A DNA stretch of 64,000 nucleotides from Eledone cirrhosa (GCA_964016885.1 OZ024741.1:183272001-183336000); one strand, 5' to 3'. Numbered from the stretch's first letter, positions 13,338-27,199 are shown. The notes: a model not told the origin generated them from the sequence alone. Translations and numbers: made by a program.

Positions 13338-13680
13338 GGAGGCACATGGCTTAGTGATTAGAGCATTGGCCTTGCAATCAAAAGGTTGTGAGTTCAATTC
13401 TCAGACCGGGTGATGTGTTGTTTCCTTGAGCAAGAGACTTTATTTCACATTGCTCCAGTTTACTCAGCTGTAGAAATGAGATGATAGGGACTGGGGTCCA
13501 TATCATTTCACTGCAAAGTGGTCGTGGGGGTGCCACGGCAAAAAAGCACCCAGCACTCACTGTAAAATGAGGTTGGTGTTAGGAAGGGCATCCAGCTGTA
13601 GAAATCAAGCCAGAATCAGTTCCCGTCCCACCCTAGCAAGCAGGGAAAAGTGGACGTAAAATGATGATGATGATGGTGAT
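13338..13680 (+). mobile_element. tRNA-derived SINE with RTE-derived tail (representative copy). Others: 19105-19445-, 21070-21420+, 28430-28605+, 32995-33302-, 33356-33652+, older copy 10430-10725-
   Basis: A-box tggcttagtg, B-box gagttcaattc, core ccttgagcaagacactttatttcacattgctccag, and a 3' end nearly identical to the RTE family A terminus with (ATG)n. Confidence 0.9.
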
Positions 13681-13779
13681 GTGTGTAGATATGTAAGTGC
13701 ATATGTAAGTGTGTAAATGTAAAGATATATGCATGTGTATGCAAATGCATTCATAGGTCTGCAGATATATGTGCTGCTA

Positions 13780-13822
<43 letters not shown>

Positions 13823-14519
13823 TATGTAAGAACATGCATGTGTGTGTGTGAGTATATATATATGACGTATGTGTGTGTATGTAAATGTAGTTATAGGTGT
13901 GTGTACATAAATGTACCCGTAGGTGTGTATACATGTGTAAATGTGTTTAAATATGTGTGTATGTAGGTGTGTAAATGAAATGATGTGTGTACCTAAATGT
14001 ATCTGTAGGTGTGCATATGATATGCAAATATGAGTGTAAATATATAAATATGCATGTGTGTTTGATGTGTGCATGTATGCAAGAATGTGTGTGTTAACAC
14101 ACATATGATGAATGTGTGAGTACGTAAATATATCCAAAGGTTTGTATATCATCATCATCATCATCATCATCGTTTAACGTCCATCTTCCACGCTTGCATG
14201 GGTTTGGACGGGAGTTTTCCCACTTGAGGCAAGAGTGGTTGTCTTGCTCGCATAGGACTGTCTGGCGGGTTTTCTACGGCTGGATGCCCTTCCTAACACC
14301 ATCCACATTTACAGTGTGTAACTGGGAGGTTTTTACCGTGTTTCCTACACGGCCACATTACAGTGTGGACTGTGTGTTTTTTTGTCGTGACACCTACACG
14401 ACCTCATTTGTTTCGGACTGGATGTTGTGGTACCAACATGTATATATGTGTATAAATATGTAAATGTGTATTTGTGTACATATGTATGTAAATATCTATG
14501 TGCATATGTATGACTTGCA

Positions 14520-15250
14520 CTTGATAGTTTTGATGTCAAGTGCTGCATGGCTGGAATGAAAATCAGTGCAGCAAAGACTGAGACACTTGTCCTCTCAAGA
14601 AAGCCTCCGCAGTACATTCTACATGTGAATGGAGTTCCCCTGAAGCAGGTGGAGAAGTTCAAGTATTTTAGGGCCGTGTTCACAAGTGATGGAAAGCAGG
14701 AGGCTGAATTAATTACAAGATTTGCAAAAGCTGGTGCAGCAATTTGCCAGTTTCAGCATTCGCTAATCAGAAGGGAGGTAGGTATAAAAGCCAAACTTGC
14801 TATCTTCAATTTGGTATTTGTGCCAACTCTTACCTATGCTCATGAATCTTGGGTAATGACCGAAAGAATATGATCACAAATACAAGCAGCTGAAATGAGA
14901 CTCTGTCAAAGGGTCTTTGGAGTAATGTTACTTAATAGAGTATGTAGCTTGGAGATTAGAGTCACTTCAGGTAGAGCCACTACTTCTCCAAATTGAGAGA
15001 TCACAGCTCCAATACTACAGACATATTAGAATGTCTCAGGAAAGAATCACTGGACAGATTTTACAGGCAAAACCAACTGGCAGGAGACTCAGGGGTAGAC
15101 CCTGAGCAAGATGGTTGCATAATATCCATGAGCTTGGCTGGTCTCACTTGGGGATCTAACTGGATCAGTTGGAAACAGTTGCTTCTGACATGACTCGCTG
15201 GAAGAAGTGTTTGAGGACTCTACCCCACCCTCCTCTCAGGAATAAGTGGG
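14520..15250 (+). mobile_element. RTE LINE 3' part of a different lineage (no Cys-rich insert); second 3' piece at 2391-2545
   Basis: GMKISAAKTETLV...LKQVEKFKY...PTLTYAHESW. Confidence 0.8.
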
Positions 15251-15729
15251 TCAAGAAGTATTTATGTGTGTAAATTTAATGACATATGTGTGTGTATGTA
15301 AATGTATCTGTAGGTGTGCATATATGATATGTGAATGTGAGTGTAAATATATGTGTGTGTATGTAAATATGCTTGCATGTATAAAAGATCATGCCAGCAA
15401 TCATATGTTTGTTTTCTGTGTGTTTGTGTCTGGACGATGGACTATGCTCAATCAGACACTGTGCCTTGTTTATTTCTATTCCATTATTAAAGGGAGGCTT
15501 TAGTCCCTTAATCAGAAGGGATTCCATGATACTCAGGGTGCCTATACTGCATTCAGTAGCAAAGATGCTGGTTGTTATTTTCTTGTCCTTGTTCTCTTCA
15601 TTGAGGGGCTGACTTTTGGATAGACATCTCTGCAGGAAAGGTCCCGAGTCAACTAGTTGGCTGTCAAGGTTTTCCCTCCAGATGGCCCTTTTTCTTGTTT
15701 TCTTGCTGAGTTGTGGAATCCTGAAGAAG

Positions 15730-16240
15730 TAAGTGTTGTAGCTAGAGTGAGAATGGGTTGGAAAAAAGTTCAGGGCATTGTTACCTCTGCTGGCAACAAA
15801 GAGCTTCTCTCTCAGAGTGGTGGCCAGAGTGTATGCTGCATATGTTTTAACTGAAATACTGTATCACAGTGAGATGTGAGCCTTGTGTGCAGAAACTTTG
15901 CAGCAACCAAAAAGAAGTGAAGCAAGTTGAAGTGAAACATTGGGTGCATAATATTACTGTGCACGAGTAACAGAGGATAAGGGAACTGAGTGAAAACTTG
16001 AGTATAAAAGGAATTGAATGTAGCATGCAAAGGGTATCATGTGATGTGTAAGGTGAAGCTATATAAAAAGTATTGAGTACTTAAAGTGGAAGGAATTATT
16101 GAAGCGGGAGACCATGGAAGGCATGGGAGAAGTTTGTGAGGAATGACCTAAAAAGAAAATGAACTCCACAAAAGAGATGACACAGGACTAACAAGACAAG
16201 CGTTATCTCTTAATACAAAAGACCTACCTATCGACCAGTA
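15730..16240 (+). mobile_element. Old decayed RTE 3' fragment
   Basis: VVARVRMGWKK and downstream similarity to RTE C-terminal coding sequence. Confidence 0.6.
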
Positions 16241-16790
16241 GAAGCATTGTAAAAAATGTGGGTCCAGACCAGCAGCAACAACATCTGGCAATTGAACAGA
16301 GACAATATAGGGTGCAAGAGGAAACATCAGTTTGGATGATCATGTGACCATCTCTCTAATGTTGGTACCGTAATAAAACATACCCAATCAATCCTGTAGA
16401 GTGGTAGTGCTCATGGCATGATAAAATGCCTCCAGTGTACTCTGTAAAATGGTCATGCTGGTGCAATGACAAATCGCACTAAGTGTACACCTTGAAAGGT
16501 GGCTGGCATCAAATCCCCAAAACCATGCCAAATATGGAATATATGAGCAAGGCATGGTCAATTAACTAGCTTCAGAATGTGACAGCTCATTCAACTCCCA
16601 TGCCAGCATATGGTAAGTGGATGTAAAAAACGCTAATGATGATATATATGTGTGTATATATACATATACATATACACAAACAATTATATATATATGAAAA
16701 AAATTCAGCACCCCGATGGCTGAACTCCGGCTGTTTCAAGTATTAAGTACTCTGGTGAGTAATGGTCTAACTGGTTTTTACTGTCTCCAA

Positions 16791-16834
<44 letters not shown>

Positions 16835-17447
16835 TGCAAGGTCATCTGCATACAGGAATTCCCATGGGCATCCGGTCTTAAACTCCTCTGTTATTGCCTG
16901 CAATACTATAATGAACAGAAGAGAGTTAAGAACAGAGCCCAGAAAAATGTATATATATATATGGTATATGGGCTCTGTTCTTAACTCTCTTCTGTTCATT
17001 ATAGTATTGCAGGCAATAACAGAGGAGTTTAAGACTGGATGCCCATGGGAACTCCTGTATGCAGATGACCTTGCACTTATAGCTGAATCTATGGTAGAAC
17101 TAGAGAAGAAATTCCAAACTTGGAAGCAGGGACTAGAAAGAAAGGGTCTCAAAGTCAACCTGACAAAGACTAAGGTCCTTGTAAGTAGACGAGAAAACAG
17201 ATTCCCTCAGGGAAATGGCTTTGCTCAGTATATAGGAAAGGTGTAGGTAGGAACTCCATCCTCTTCCCCAAATGCAAACAATGGGTACACAAGAGATGTA
17301 GTGGGATCTCAGTAAGCTTAATTAAGAATGTAGGCTTCACATGTAGCAACTGTGCTGGGACAGCAAGCAGCAAACAGCCACAGGAAACAAGCACCTCCAA
17401 ACTCTGGGAGGGCTCTGCAGAAACAGTAAACAGTTTCTGCTACCTAT
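16835..17447 (+). mobile_element. RTE family B RT fragment with 107-bp fold-back duplication
   Basis: GSVLNSLLF...LLYADDL; 16835-16941 is the reverse complement of 16969-17075; bounded by (TA)n. Confidence 0.9.
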
Positions 17448-18109
17448 TTATATATATATATATATATATGCATTTATGTATGTTTGTATGGGCACTTGTA
17501 AGTATATAGATGTATGCAGGTATGACTCGTGTGTGTATATATATGTGTGTATGTGCATATGCATACATTTATATGTATGAGTATATAAATATAAATGCGC
17601 AAACACAGACACACTTACAAAAATACACACTCACAGACATACATTCCTACAAACACACACATACATTCAAACATTCACACAAACACACACATGCACATAC
17701 ACTCAGACACAGGATAGTTTTTTCACCATCCCCTTGCTTCCTTTTACACACACATACATTCATGCAGACAGCAGTTATAAAGAGAGAGGAGTAATAAGAG
17801 GTAATCAAACTACTCCTCTCTCTTTACATGTTGTGACAGAATCACAGAAATTTATATATAGATGTACCAGCACTTTTACTTTTCTGAGTAGGCTGGGTTT
17901 GTTTTATTGCCTTTTATCCTTTTAGAGTTGATAAAATAAATACCAGTCAAGTATTGTGATTAATATAATCGATTATATCCTCTACAAAAATGTATGGCCA
18001 TGTGCCTATGTTACAACTAAATGATTAGATAAGAGATCATACTGTATAAGAATACATGAATTATTATGTACAGTCTATTGTAATTTTGAAATGTGAGTGT
18101 CTTTTTCAG

Positions 18110-18224
18110 AATACCGTGTTCTTGGTATCAAAGGGGAAGGTACATTCTCAGAGGTGTTGAAATGTGAGAGGGTAAAGGATGGTACCCTGTGGGCATGTAA
18201 GAAGATGAAGCAATCTTTTGACAG
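18110..18224 (+). CDS. MOK: MOK-like CMGC kinase, internal exon (Gly-rich loop and catalytic Lys)
   Basis: Acceptor tttttcag and donor AG|gttagt flank 115 nt reading (x)YRVLGIKGEGTFSEVLKCERVKDGTLWACKKMKQSFD(S). This matches the MOK pattern GEGTFSEV...ACKxMKQ as I recall it. A tiny upstream start exon was not identified. Confidence 0.93.
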
Positions 18225-18694
18225 GTTAGTACTTATCTTTGTCATTACATGAGGCCCAGTGTATGTTTGTGTGTGTACCATGAGGATGCAGGCATGGCTA
18301 CTCAGCCATGCCTGCATCCTCATGGCTAAGAAGTTTGTTTCTCAACTATGAAAGCCCAGGTTCGATCTCACTAGATTACATTTTAGGCAAGTGTTTTTAC
18401 CATAGCTTTGCATTTACTCAAGTCTTAAGAGTGAAATTGGGTTGACAGTGGAGGGATGCTGTGCTGGAAAAGACCCATGCAAGCATAGAAAAGCAGACAT
18501 AAAATGGTGATGATGTCTGACATTCTCAAAATTGTGTTATATTTATTCATAGAGGAAAATAGAAGAAAATAAGAAAATAAGATTTTCTTTCGTTTTCTTT
18601 CATTAAGAAAAAATATTTTTGTTCAGCCTGTGAGGCTACCCATATGTTTATTATATCATACCTCTTTCTCTCTCTCTCCCTCTCTCTCTCTCTC

Positions 18695-18793
<99 letters not shown>

Positions 18794-21444
18794 TTTCTCT
18801 CTCTCTCTCTCTATATATATATAAAAGATAACAAGGACGATTGGTTACTCCTTCATTACATTTATTGGTAGGTGACGTGCGTTTCGCCACTGATCAGCTT
18901 ATTGTGCCACAATAAAATGCTCTTGGTAGAATGTGAACTGCATGTAAGCAAGATGTGAATCACAGGCCTGTCTGGGAAGACAGTAGACCTGTTTCAGTAC
19001 TGACTTGGTCTGTGAAGACCTGTCCAATGCTTGCTATCAGGGAAATTGGACGTTAAATGATGATGATGATGATGATATATATATATATATCAAAAACAAT
19101 CATCATTTCATCATCATTTCATTTTACGTCCACTTTTCTCTGCTTGCAAGGGTGGGACGGGAACTGATTCTGGCTTGATTTCTACAGCTGGATGGCCTTC
19201 CTAACACCAACCTCATTTACAGTGAGTGCTGGGTACTTTTTTGCCATGGCACCTCCACGACCACTTTGCAGTGGAATGATAGGGACCCCAGTCCCTATCA
19301 TCTCATTTCTACAGCTGAGTAAACTGGAGCAATGTGAAATAAAGTGCCTTGCTCAAGGAAACAACACATCACCCGGTCTGAGAATTGAACTCACAACCTT
19401 TCGATTGCAAGGCCAATGCTCTAACCACTAAGCAATGTGCCTCCGTTTATATCAAAGCAAAACTAACAAGAGCATACAGGGGGGGGGGGGGTAGTTTACA
19501 TATCTTTGAAACATTCTTTTTCTTACTTATAGACAAGTTACAGCTTGATTGTGTATGTGTCTATATATATAAATATATATATCCATGTACACATTCATAT
19601 GTATGTACGTAGGCAACTTATTGAAAGAAAAGGATGGGAGCTGCATGCGTCATGGGTGATATTGTATTAATGGCAACAAATACAAAGTCTGTGGACATTG
19701 GCTATGGTCACACACAGCTTTGACCCACACTGATAGCAACACAGGTAAATCTGAGGTCAGAGTGTCTGACAAATCAGACAAAATTTGCTTTTGGAGTATT
19801 AAGATGAAAACTAAACAAAACTTATGCATAATAAAATTAAATGTACAACATTTAAGTCATATAATATGTGACGAGAAGCATCTGTTAGACCTGGAAACAA
19901 AGACATACACAGAGAATGTAACACATAGAAAAGAATATTTTTGACTGGTTTTAACTGCGAAAACAAGTTGATGTGAAGGATGCAACAATAGTCACATGAT
20001 AGGAAAGGAAATATGTCACAGTAATATAGGCAATTTAAGAAAAAAAGAGGAGGGAAGCCACATGTGTTATGAGTAATATTGTAATATTGGCAACAGTATG
20101 AACTCCGTGGTCTTTGGCTGTCAACTCAGCTTTGGCCCCAACTGACAAGACCTCAGGCCCATCTGGAGTCACAGTGTCTGACAAATTAGTCAATCATCGT
20201 CCTTGGAGTGTCAAGTTGAAAACAAAACAAAATTTATTTATATCATCATCATCATCACCATTTTACGTCCATTCTTCCACGCTGGTATGGGTTAGACGAG
20301 TTGAGTTCAAATCCCGCTGAGGTTAACTTTGCCTTTCATCCTTATGGGGTCGATAAAATAAAGTACCAGTAATGCACTGGGTAATTGCTGGCCTTGTGCC
20401 TAAAGTAGAAACAATTATTTATTCATGGATTGGCAGTATCGGTAGAGGGTCGGACACCATGCTTTGCAGCATAGAGTTACGGCCCTTGCCATTCTGAGTT
20501 CAAATCCCGCTGAGGTTAACTTTGCCTTTCATCCTTACGGGGTCGATAAAATAAAGTACCAGTAATGTACTGGATAATTGCTGGCCTTGTGCCAAAAGTA
20601 GAAACAATTATTTATTCAAAGTAATCCAACTTATTTTACTAATGGGTTAAAAAATAATTGTTTCTACTTTTGGCACAAGGCCAGCAATTACCCAGTGTAT
20701 TACTGGTATTTTATTTTATCGACCCCGTAAGGATGAAAGGCAAAGTTAACCTCGGCGGGATTTGAGGTTAACTTTGGGTTAAAAACTAATAAACCGTACT
20801 CAGTCCCGTGCTCCTTACTTTATTATAGTTTAGATATATATGTGTGTTAGGCAAGCCATTCAGCTGTAGAAACCAAGCCAAAATACAGATCTGTATGAGC
20901 AAGATGTGTTCTCCTGACCTGACTTATTTCATAATGGGACAACCTGTCTAACCCATATTAGTGTGGAAAGTGGACGTTAAACGATGACATATATATAACT
21001 TGTTTTGAAATTTGAAATTTACTTTTTCAAACATTTAAAATATATATATATACTTATATACATACATGTGGAGGCACATGGTTTAGTGGTTAGAGCTTAC
21101 AACTGAAAGGTTGTGAGTTCAATTCTCAGACCGGGTGATGTGTTGTTTCCTTGAGCAAGGCACTTTATTTCACATTGCTCCAGTTTACTCAGTTTACTCC
21201 ACTGCAAAAGTGGTTGTGGAGGTGCCACGGCAAAAAAGCACCCAGCCCACACTGAAAAGTGGACGTGTAGGCACCACGGAAAAAAAGCACCCAGCACTCA
21301 CTGTAAATGAGGTTGGTGTTAGGAAGGGCATCCAGCTGTAGAAATCAAGCCAGAATCAGTTCCCGTTCCACCCTTGCAAGCAGGGAAAAGCGGACGTAAA
21401 ATGATGATGATGATGATGATATATATATATATACATATATATAT

Positions 21445-23514
21445 CATCATCATCATCATCATCACCGTTTTACGTCCGTTCTTCCACGCTAGCATGGGTT
21501 AGTCGGGTTGTCCTGTTGTGGGCAGTGTCCTGTCGGCTGACATTGTCTTGTTCATACGGGAACTGATTCTAGCTTGATTTCTACAGCTGGATGCCCTTCC
21601 TAACACCAACCTCATTTACAGTGAGTGCTGGGTGCTTTTTTGCCGTGGCACCTCCACAACCACTTTGCAATGGGAGGGTGTGGGGGCATATTGTCTATAT
21701 GCTTCTGTTTCGGCTTGTACCCATGGGGAGTCGGGTCTTCTGTATTACTGTGTGATGCCAGAGGTCTTTGAGAGGTGTAATTGGGTAAGGTCGGCTTTTA
21801 TCACCTTATCCCAGGTCTTCTTGGGTCTCCCCACTCTGCGGTTTCTATCGACTTCTAGTGCTCTGCACCTTTTTATGCAGCTGTCATCCTTCATACGCAT
21901 CACATGTCCATACCAACGCAACCGCCTCTCCTGCACACAGCATTTGATTCCTCTTATGCTCAGTCTCTCTCTCAATTCATTTATGCTTTGCCATTCGCAT
22001 ATATTACTATTACACATCCATCGGAGCATGCAGGCTTCATTTCTTTCTAATCTATGCAAGTCTTCCACAGACAGCATCCAGGTCTCACTACCATACAGTC
22101 TACCTTTCATTTTGAGGGAAAAGCCTTTTGCAGCTAGCAGTGGCAGTAGCTCCCTGAACTTCTTCCATCCCGTTCTTACCCTAGTTATTGCACTTTCCGA
22201 ACACCCACCTCCGCTGCTAATTCGGTCACTTAGGTAGCAGAAGCTGTCTACTGTTTCTACAGAGCCCTCCCAGAGTTTGGTGGTACTTGTTTCCTGTGGC
22301 TGTTTGCTGCTTGCTGTCCCAGCACAGCTGCTACATGTGAAGGCTACATTCTTAGTTAAGCTTCCTGAGATCCTGCTACATCTCTTGTGTACCCATTGTT
22401 TGCATTTGGGGCAAAGAATGGAGTTCCTACCTACACCTTTCCTACATAGTGAGCAAGGCCATTTCCCTGAGGGGATCTGGGTTCTGTTTTCTCGTCAACT
22501 TACAAGGACCTTAGTCTTTGACAGGTTGACTTTGAGACCCTTTCTTTCTAGTCCCTGCTTCCATGTTTGGAATTTCTTCTCTAGTTCTACCATAGATTCA
22601 GCTATACGTGTGAGATCATCTGCATACAGGAGTTCCCATGGGCATCCAGTCTTAAACTCCTCCGTTATTGCCTGCAGGACTATGATGAACAGGAGAGGGC
22701 TAAGAACAGAGCCCTGGTGGACACCAACCTGTACGCTAAATTCCTCGCTATACTCATTGCTAATCCTAACTTTGCTGACTGCTCCCCTATACATGGCTTG
22801 TACAGCTTTCACAAGCCATTCATCTACTCCTAGTTTTCTAAGAGCCCACCAGATTATAGCACAGGGAACTCTGTCAAAGGCTTTTTGGAGATCGACGAAT
22901 GCCAGGTAGAGTGGGTTACTTTTAGCTAGGTACTTTTCCTGTAACTGCCTCACAAGGAAGAGGGCATCAGTGGTGCCTCTTCCTGGCATAAACCCAAATT
23001 GCATCTCATCAAGTTTCACCCGGTCCCTAATCAACTGTGCTATAACTCTTTCTGTTACTTTCATGACCTGGTCCATCAGCTTTATACCTCTATAGTTTCC
23101 TCTATCTAGTGCATCACTTTTACCTTTGTAGCAGTTGACAATGATGCTACTGCACCAATCCTTTGGTATGACACCTTCTAGTATTACCTGGTTAACAATA
23201 CGTGTGGTTATGGTGTGACCTACCGACCCAGATGCCTTCATCATCTCGGCAGCTATACCCGATGGACCGGTTGCCTTCCCCGTCTTCATATCTTTGATTG
23301 CCTTACTTACTACGCTGCTGCTGACTTGTACTGCTGGCCCCTCTATAGGGTCTACTTGGGGTAGGGTCTCTTCTTCACATGCATTCTCCTCATTTAGTAA
23401 TCTATCATAATGGCTCATCCATGCATCTTTCTTCTCAGCACTTGTGAGGGCAAGCTCACCTTTATCATTCCGGATACACTTCTCTCCAATGACATCACAA
23501 TTCTCTCTAACACA
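21445..23514 (-). mobile_element. RTE LINE family B (RT, PHD-like finger, 3' UTR); resumes at ~26810-26860
   Basis: 307-aa RT ORF with GVHQGSVLSP and YADD; (ATG)n tail; near-identical to 35210-38464. Confidence 0.93.
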
Positions 23515-26500
23515 TCATCATCATCATCATCGTTTAATGTCCATCTTCCACGCTTGCATGGGTTTGGACGGGAATTTTCTCACTTGAGGCAAGATTGGTT
23601 GACTTGCTCGTATAGGACTGTCTGGCGGGTTTTCTACAGCTGGATGCCCTTCCTAACACCAACCACGTTTACAGTGTGGACTGGGAGGTTTTACCGTGTT
23701 ACCTACACGGCCACATTACAGCGTGGACTGTGTGTTTTTTGTCGTGATCCCTACGCGACCTCATTTGTTTCGGCCTGGATGTTGTGGTACCAACATAACT
23801 TTACATTGAAAGGGGTGGTGTGGATGGGGTGGGGGTAGTGGGACGGGGTGTATTTTTGTTAGAGGTGCCTACTGACTAGGTTTTGCTTTGTACTTAGGCA
23901 AGGCGGGTCTTCTGTATTACTGTGTAGCGCCAAAGATCTCGGTCCAGTGACATTGCGTGAGGTCGGAATTTATGAAGTCGTCCCAGGTTTTTCTGGGTCT
24001 GCCTACTCCGTGGCTACCGTCTATTTTTATTGGCCTGCACTTTTTTATACAGCTGTCGTCTTTCATGCGCATCACGTGACCGTACCAACGTAGTCTTCTC
24101 TCGAGTAAACAGCATCTGATCCCTCTTATTCCTAATTTCTCTCTTAGTTCGTTTATGCTTTGCCGTTCACGTATATTACTATTACACATCCAGCGGAGCA
24201 TGCAAGCTTCGTTCCTCTCCAGTCTGCGTATATCCTCTGCACACAATGCCCAAGTCTCACTGCCATGTAACATTGCTGTTCGTATGCAGGCATCATACAG
24301 CCTGCCTTTCATTTTTAGAGAGAACCCTTTAGCGGCCAATAGTGGTATAAGCTCTCTGAACTTTTTCCATCCCGTTCTGACTCTAGCTACTGTACTTTCA
24401 GAGCACCCTCCACCACTGCTGATTTTGTCACCCAGGTAACGGAAGGTGTCCACTATTTCTATAGAACCATCTGTGCAATGGAATGAGCTAGTATTCTGTG
24501 GGCACTTGCTGCTACTTATTGCACCTGAGCACCGGCCACATATAAAATCTATATTCTTAGTTAGCTTACCTGTGATCCCACTACATCTTTTATGTACCCA
24601 TACTTTGCATTTTGGACATAAAATGGAGTTTCTGCCTACTTCTTTCCTACAAACTGAGCATGGCCATTTCCCAGATGGGACCGGTGCCCTATTTTCCTTC
24701 CTACAAACTAGAACTTGAGTCTTAGACAGGTTAATTTTAAGGCCTTTTGATTCTAGGCTATGCGTCCATGTTTGGAATTTCTTCTCTAGTTCAGCCATTG
24801 ATTCAGCTATGAGCATTAGATCATCTGCGTATAGGAGATCCCATGGGCAGCCGGTCTTGAACTCCTCTGTTATAGCCTGAATAATAAATAGTAGGGGGCT
24901 AAGAACGGAGCCTTGATGAACACCAACTTTTACGCTAAACTCTTCACTATATTCGTTGTTAATTCTAACCTTGCTGACTGTTTCTTGATACATGGCTTGT
25001 ATAGCTCTCACAAGCCATTCATCAACATCTAGTTTTCTAAGAGCCCACCAGATAATGTAGCGGGGGACTCTGTCAAAGGCTTTCTCCAAGTCAACAAAAG
25101 CTAAGTATAGGGGTTTACTTTTAGCTAGATACTTCTCCTGTAGTTGTCGTACAATGAAAAGAACGTCTGTGGTACTTTTACCTGACACAAACCCGAACTG
25201 CATTTCATCTAGATCAATTCTCTCTCTGATTAGTTGCACTATTACTTTTTCTGTGACCTTCATGACCTGGTCGATTAATTTAATGCCTATATAGTTTCCC
25301 CTATCTAGGGCGTCTCCTTTACCCTTGTAGCAGTTAATGATGCTGCTGCTACGCCAGACCTTCGGAACGACCCCATTCTGTATGACTTGGTTTACTATCC
25401 GAGTGACCATAGTGTGTCCCACCGTTCCAGATGCTTTCAGCATTTCAGCAACTATTTCCAAAGGCCCAGCTGCCCTACCCGTCTTCATATCTTTGATTGC
25501 CTTACTTATTATACTACCTTCAACTTGCACTGCTGGTCCCTCTATTGGATCAATGTGGGGGAGACTGTCTTTCTCCCATTTATTCTCCTCATTTAGTAGC
25601 CTTTCGTAGTGACACTTCCAAGCTACCTTCTTATCAGCGTCAGTGATGGCAAGTACACCATCATCATCAAGACACACTTCTCTCCGACAATATCACGGTT
25701 TTCCTTGACACATTGCCTAGCAATCCTGAACACCTCACGTTTTTGGTCCTCACGTTGTAGAACATGCTTGAACTTTCTTTCCTCTGTTTCCCTCCTTGCG
25801 AAGTACACTTGTCTCCTGGCCACTTGATAGTCTTCTCTACTTTCCCCATCCTGCCATATTTTCCAAGCCTGCTTTTTGGCCTTAATTGACTCCTCCACCT
25901 TACTGTTCCACCACCACGTTACTCTCCTCCTGCCTATAGGCCTGCTCCAGCCACAGACTTCATCTGCCGCCTTCAACAGGTTAGCTTTCAGGAATTCCCA
26001 CTGTTCCTCTATATTGTACGACTCTAATTGCTCTTCCTTACTGTCAAAAGCATCAAGTAATATGCTTTTAAATTTATTACTGGCTGTGAGGTCCTTTAGC
26101 TTCCATATTTTTCTCCTAAGGATAGTCCTCCTCTGTTGTCGAGTACGTCTTGTCCTGACTATGAGTCTATGTTGGGAGGTGCATTCTTCATGGGGGAGTG
26201 ATTTAGTACCAAACCCATAGCCTCCATGGATTCTGTCATAGCCGTCACAATGTTGTCCAACGTGACCATTTAGGTCACCAGCAATAATTATGTAGTCACT
26301 GTCGGTTATTTGGGAGGTAGTGAGCATCAATGTCTCATAGAATCTGTCTTTTATAGCGTCAGGCAGTCCGGATTGGGGTGTGTACGCAGATATCACTCTA
26401 TTTACGTCTATTATCTTATCTACCCACTTTTTTGCTAACATGATTCCTACCTCACCCAGCCCATTGTCATTTCCCACCCAGAAAAGCTAATAGCAGCGTT

Positions 26501-26808
26501 TTTTACCCACAATGAATCTAGCAGACCCATCCCTCCACCTGGTCTCTTGGATACAGCAAACATCAACCTCCTTACGTTCAAGCATTTCTACAACATCGTT
26601 AGAGCGACCTTTTAAGGTGCCTACATTCATGGTACCAACTCTGAAGTTTTGGATTGCGTTTGGTGGGTGGGAACGGTGGGGCGCGGGGAGGGGTGAGGGG
26701 GATGGGATTGGGGTTATGTTGGCCATCCACGGCCGAAATAAAGAGGAGGAGTCCTTGCCTTTTCGTCCGGCAGCATTGGGTGAATTTGTCTTTATCTTTG
26801 GCATTGTC
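23515..26808 (-). mobile_element. RTE LINE family C, near full length, frameshifted, nested in family B
   Basis: AP-endonuclease motifs (TMNVGTL, CCIQET, AGDLNGH), a 586-aa RT-PHD-C-terminal ORF, 3' UTR and (ATG)n tail. Confidence 0.95.
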
Positions 26809-27199
26809 ACTGCAATCTTGAACACCTCCTGTTTCTGGTCCTCACGTTGCAAAACATGCTTATATATATACATATATCATCATCATCATCATCATCATTG
26901 TTTAACATCTATCTTCCAAACTAGCATGGGTTAGACGGGTTTGTCCCATTTGAGGCAAGTTGAGTCGGGTGACCGTGTCTCGCTCGTATAGGACTATACA
27001 TATACTACGTTTTTGAATTTGTTTTGTAAGATTTCTCATCTAAAAACGTGTGTTGAAACAGATATTGTTATACTTTTTTTGGGGGGGGGGGGGATCATGT
27101 TGCCAATAAAAACACATGCAACTGTTGGTTTTCACTTCAATTTATTATAAATTTCTGGTTAGTTGGTTGGTTCAATAACCGGATGGTTGTTTATATATT

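Noticed and set aside
13338-13412. tRNA gene
   Set aside because: The tRNA-like head continues into a SINE core and RTE tail in multiple copies.
16695-16795. TA-flanked island with GAAAC on the - strand
   Set aside because: No CUGAnGA half; at most a truncated remnant.
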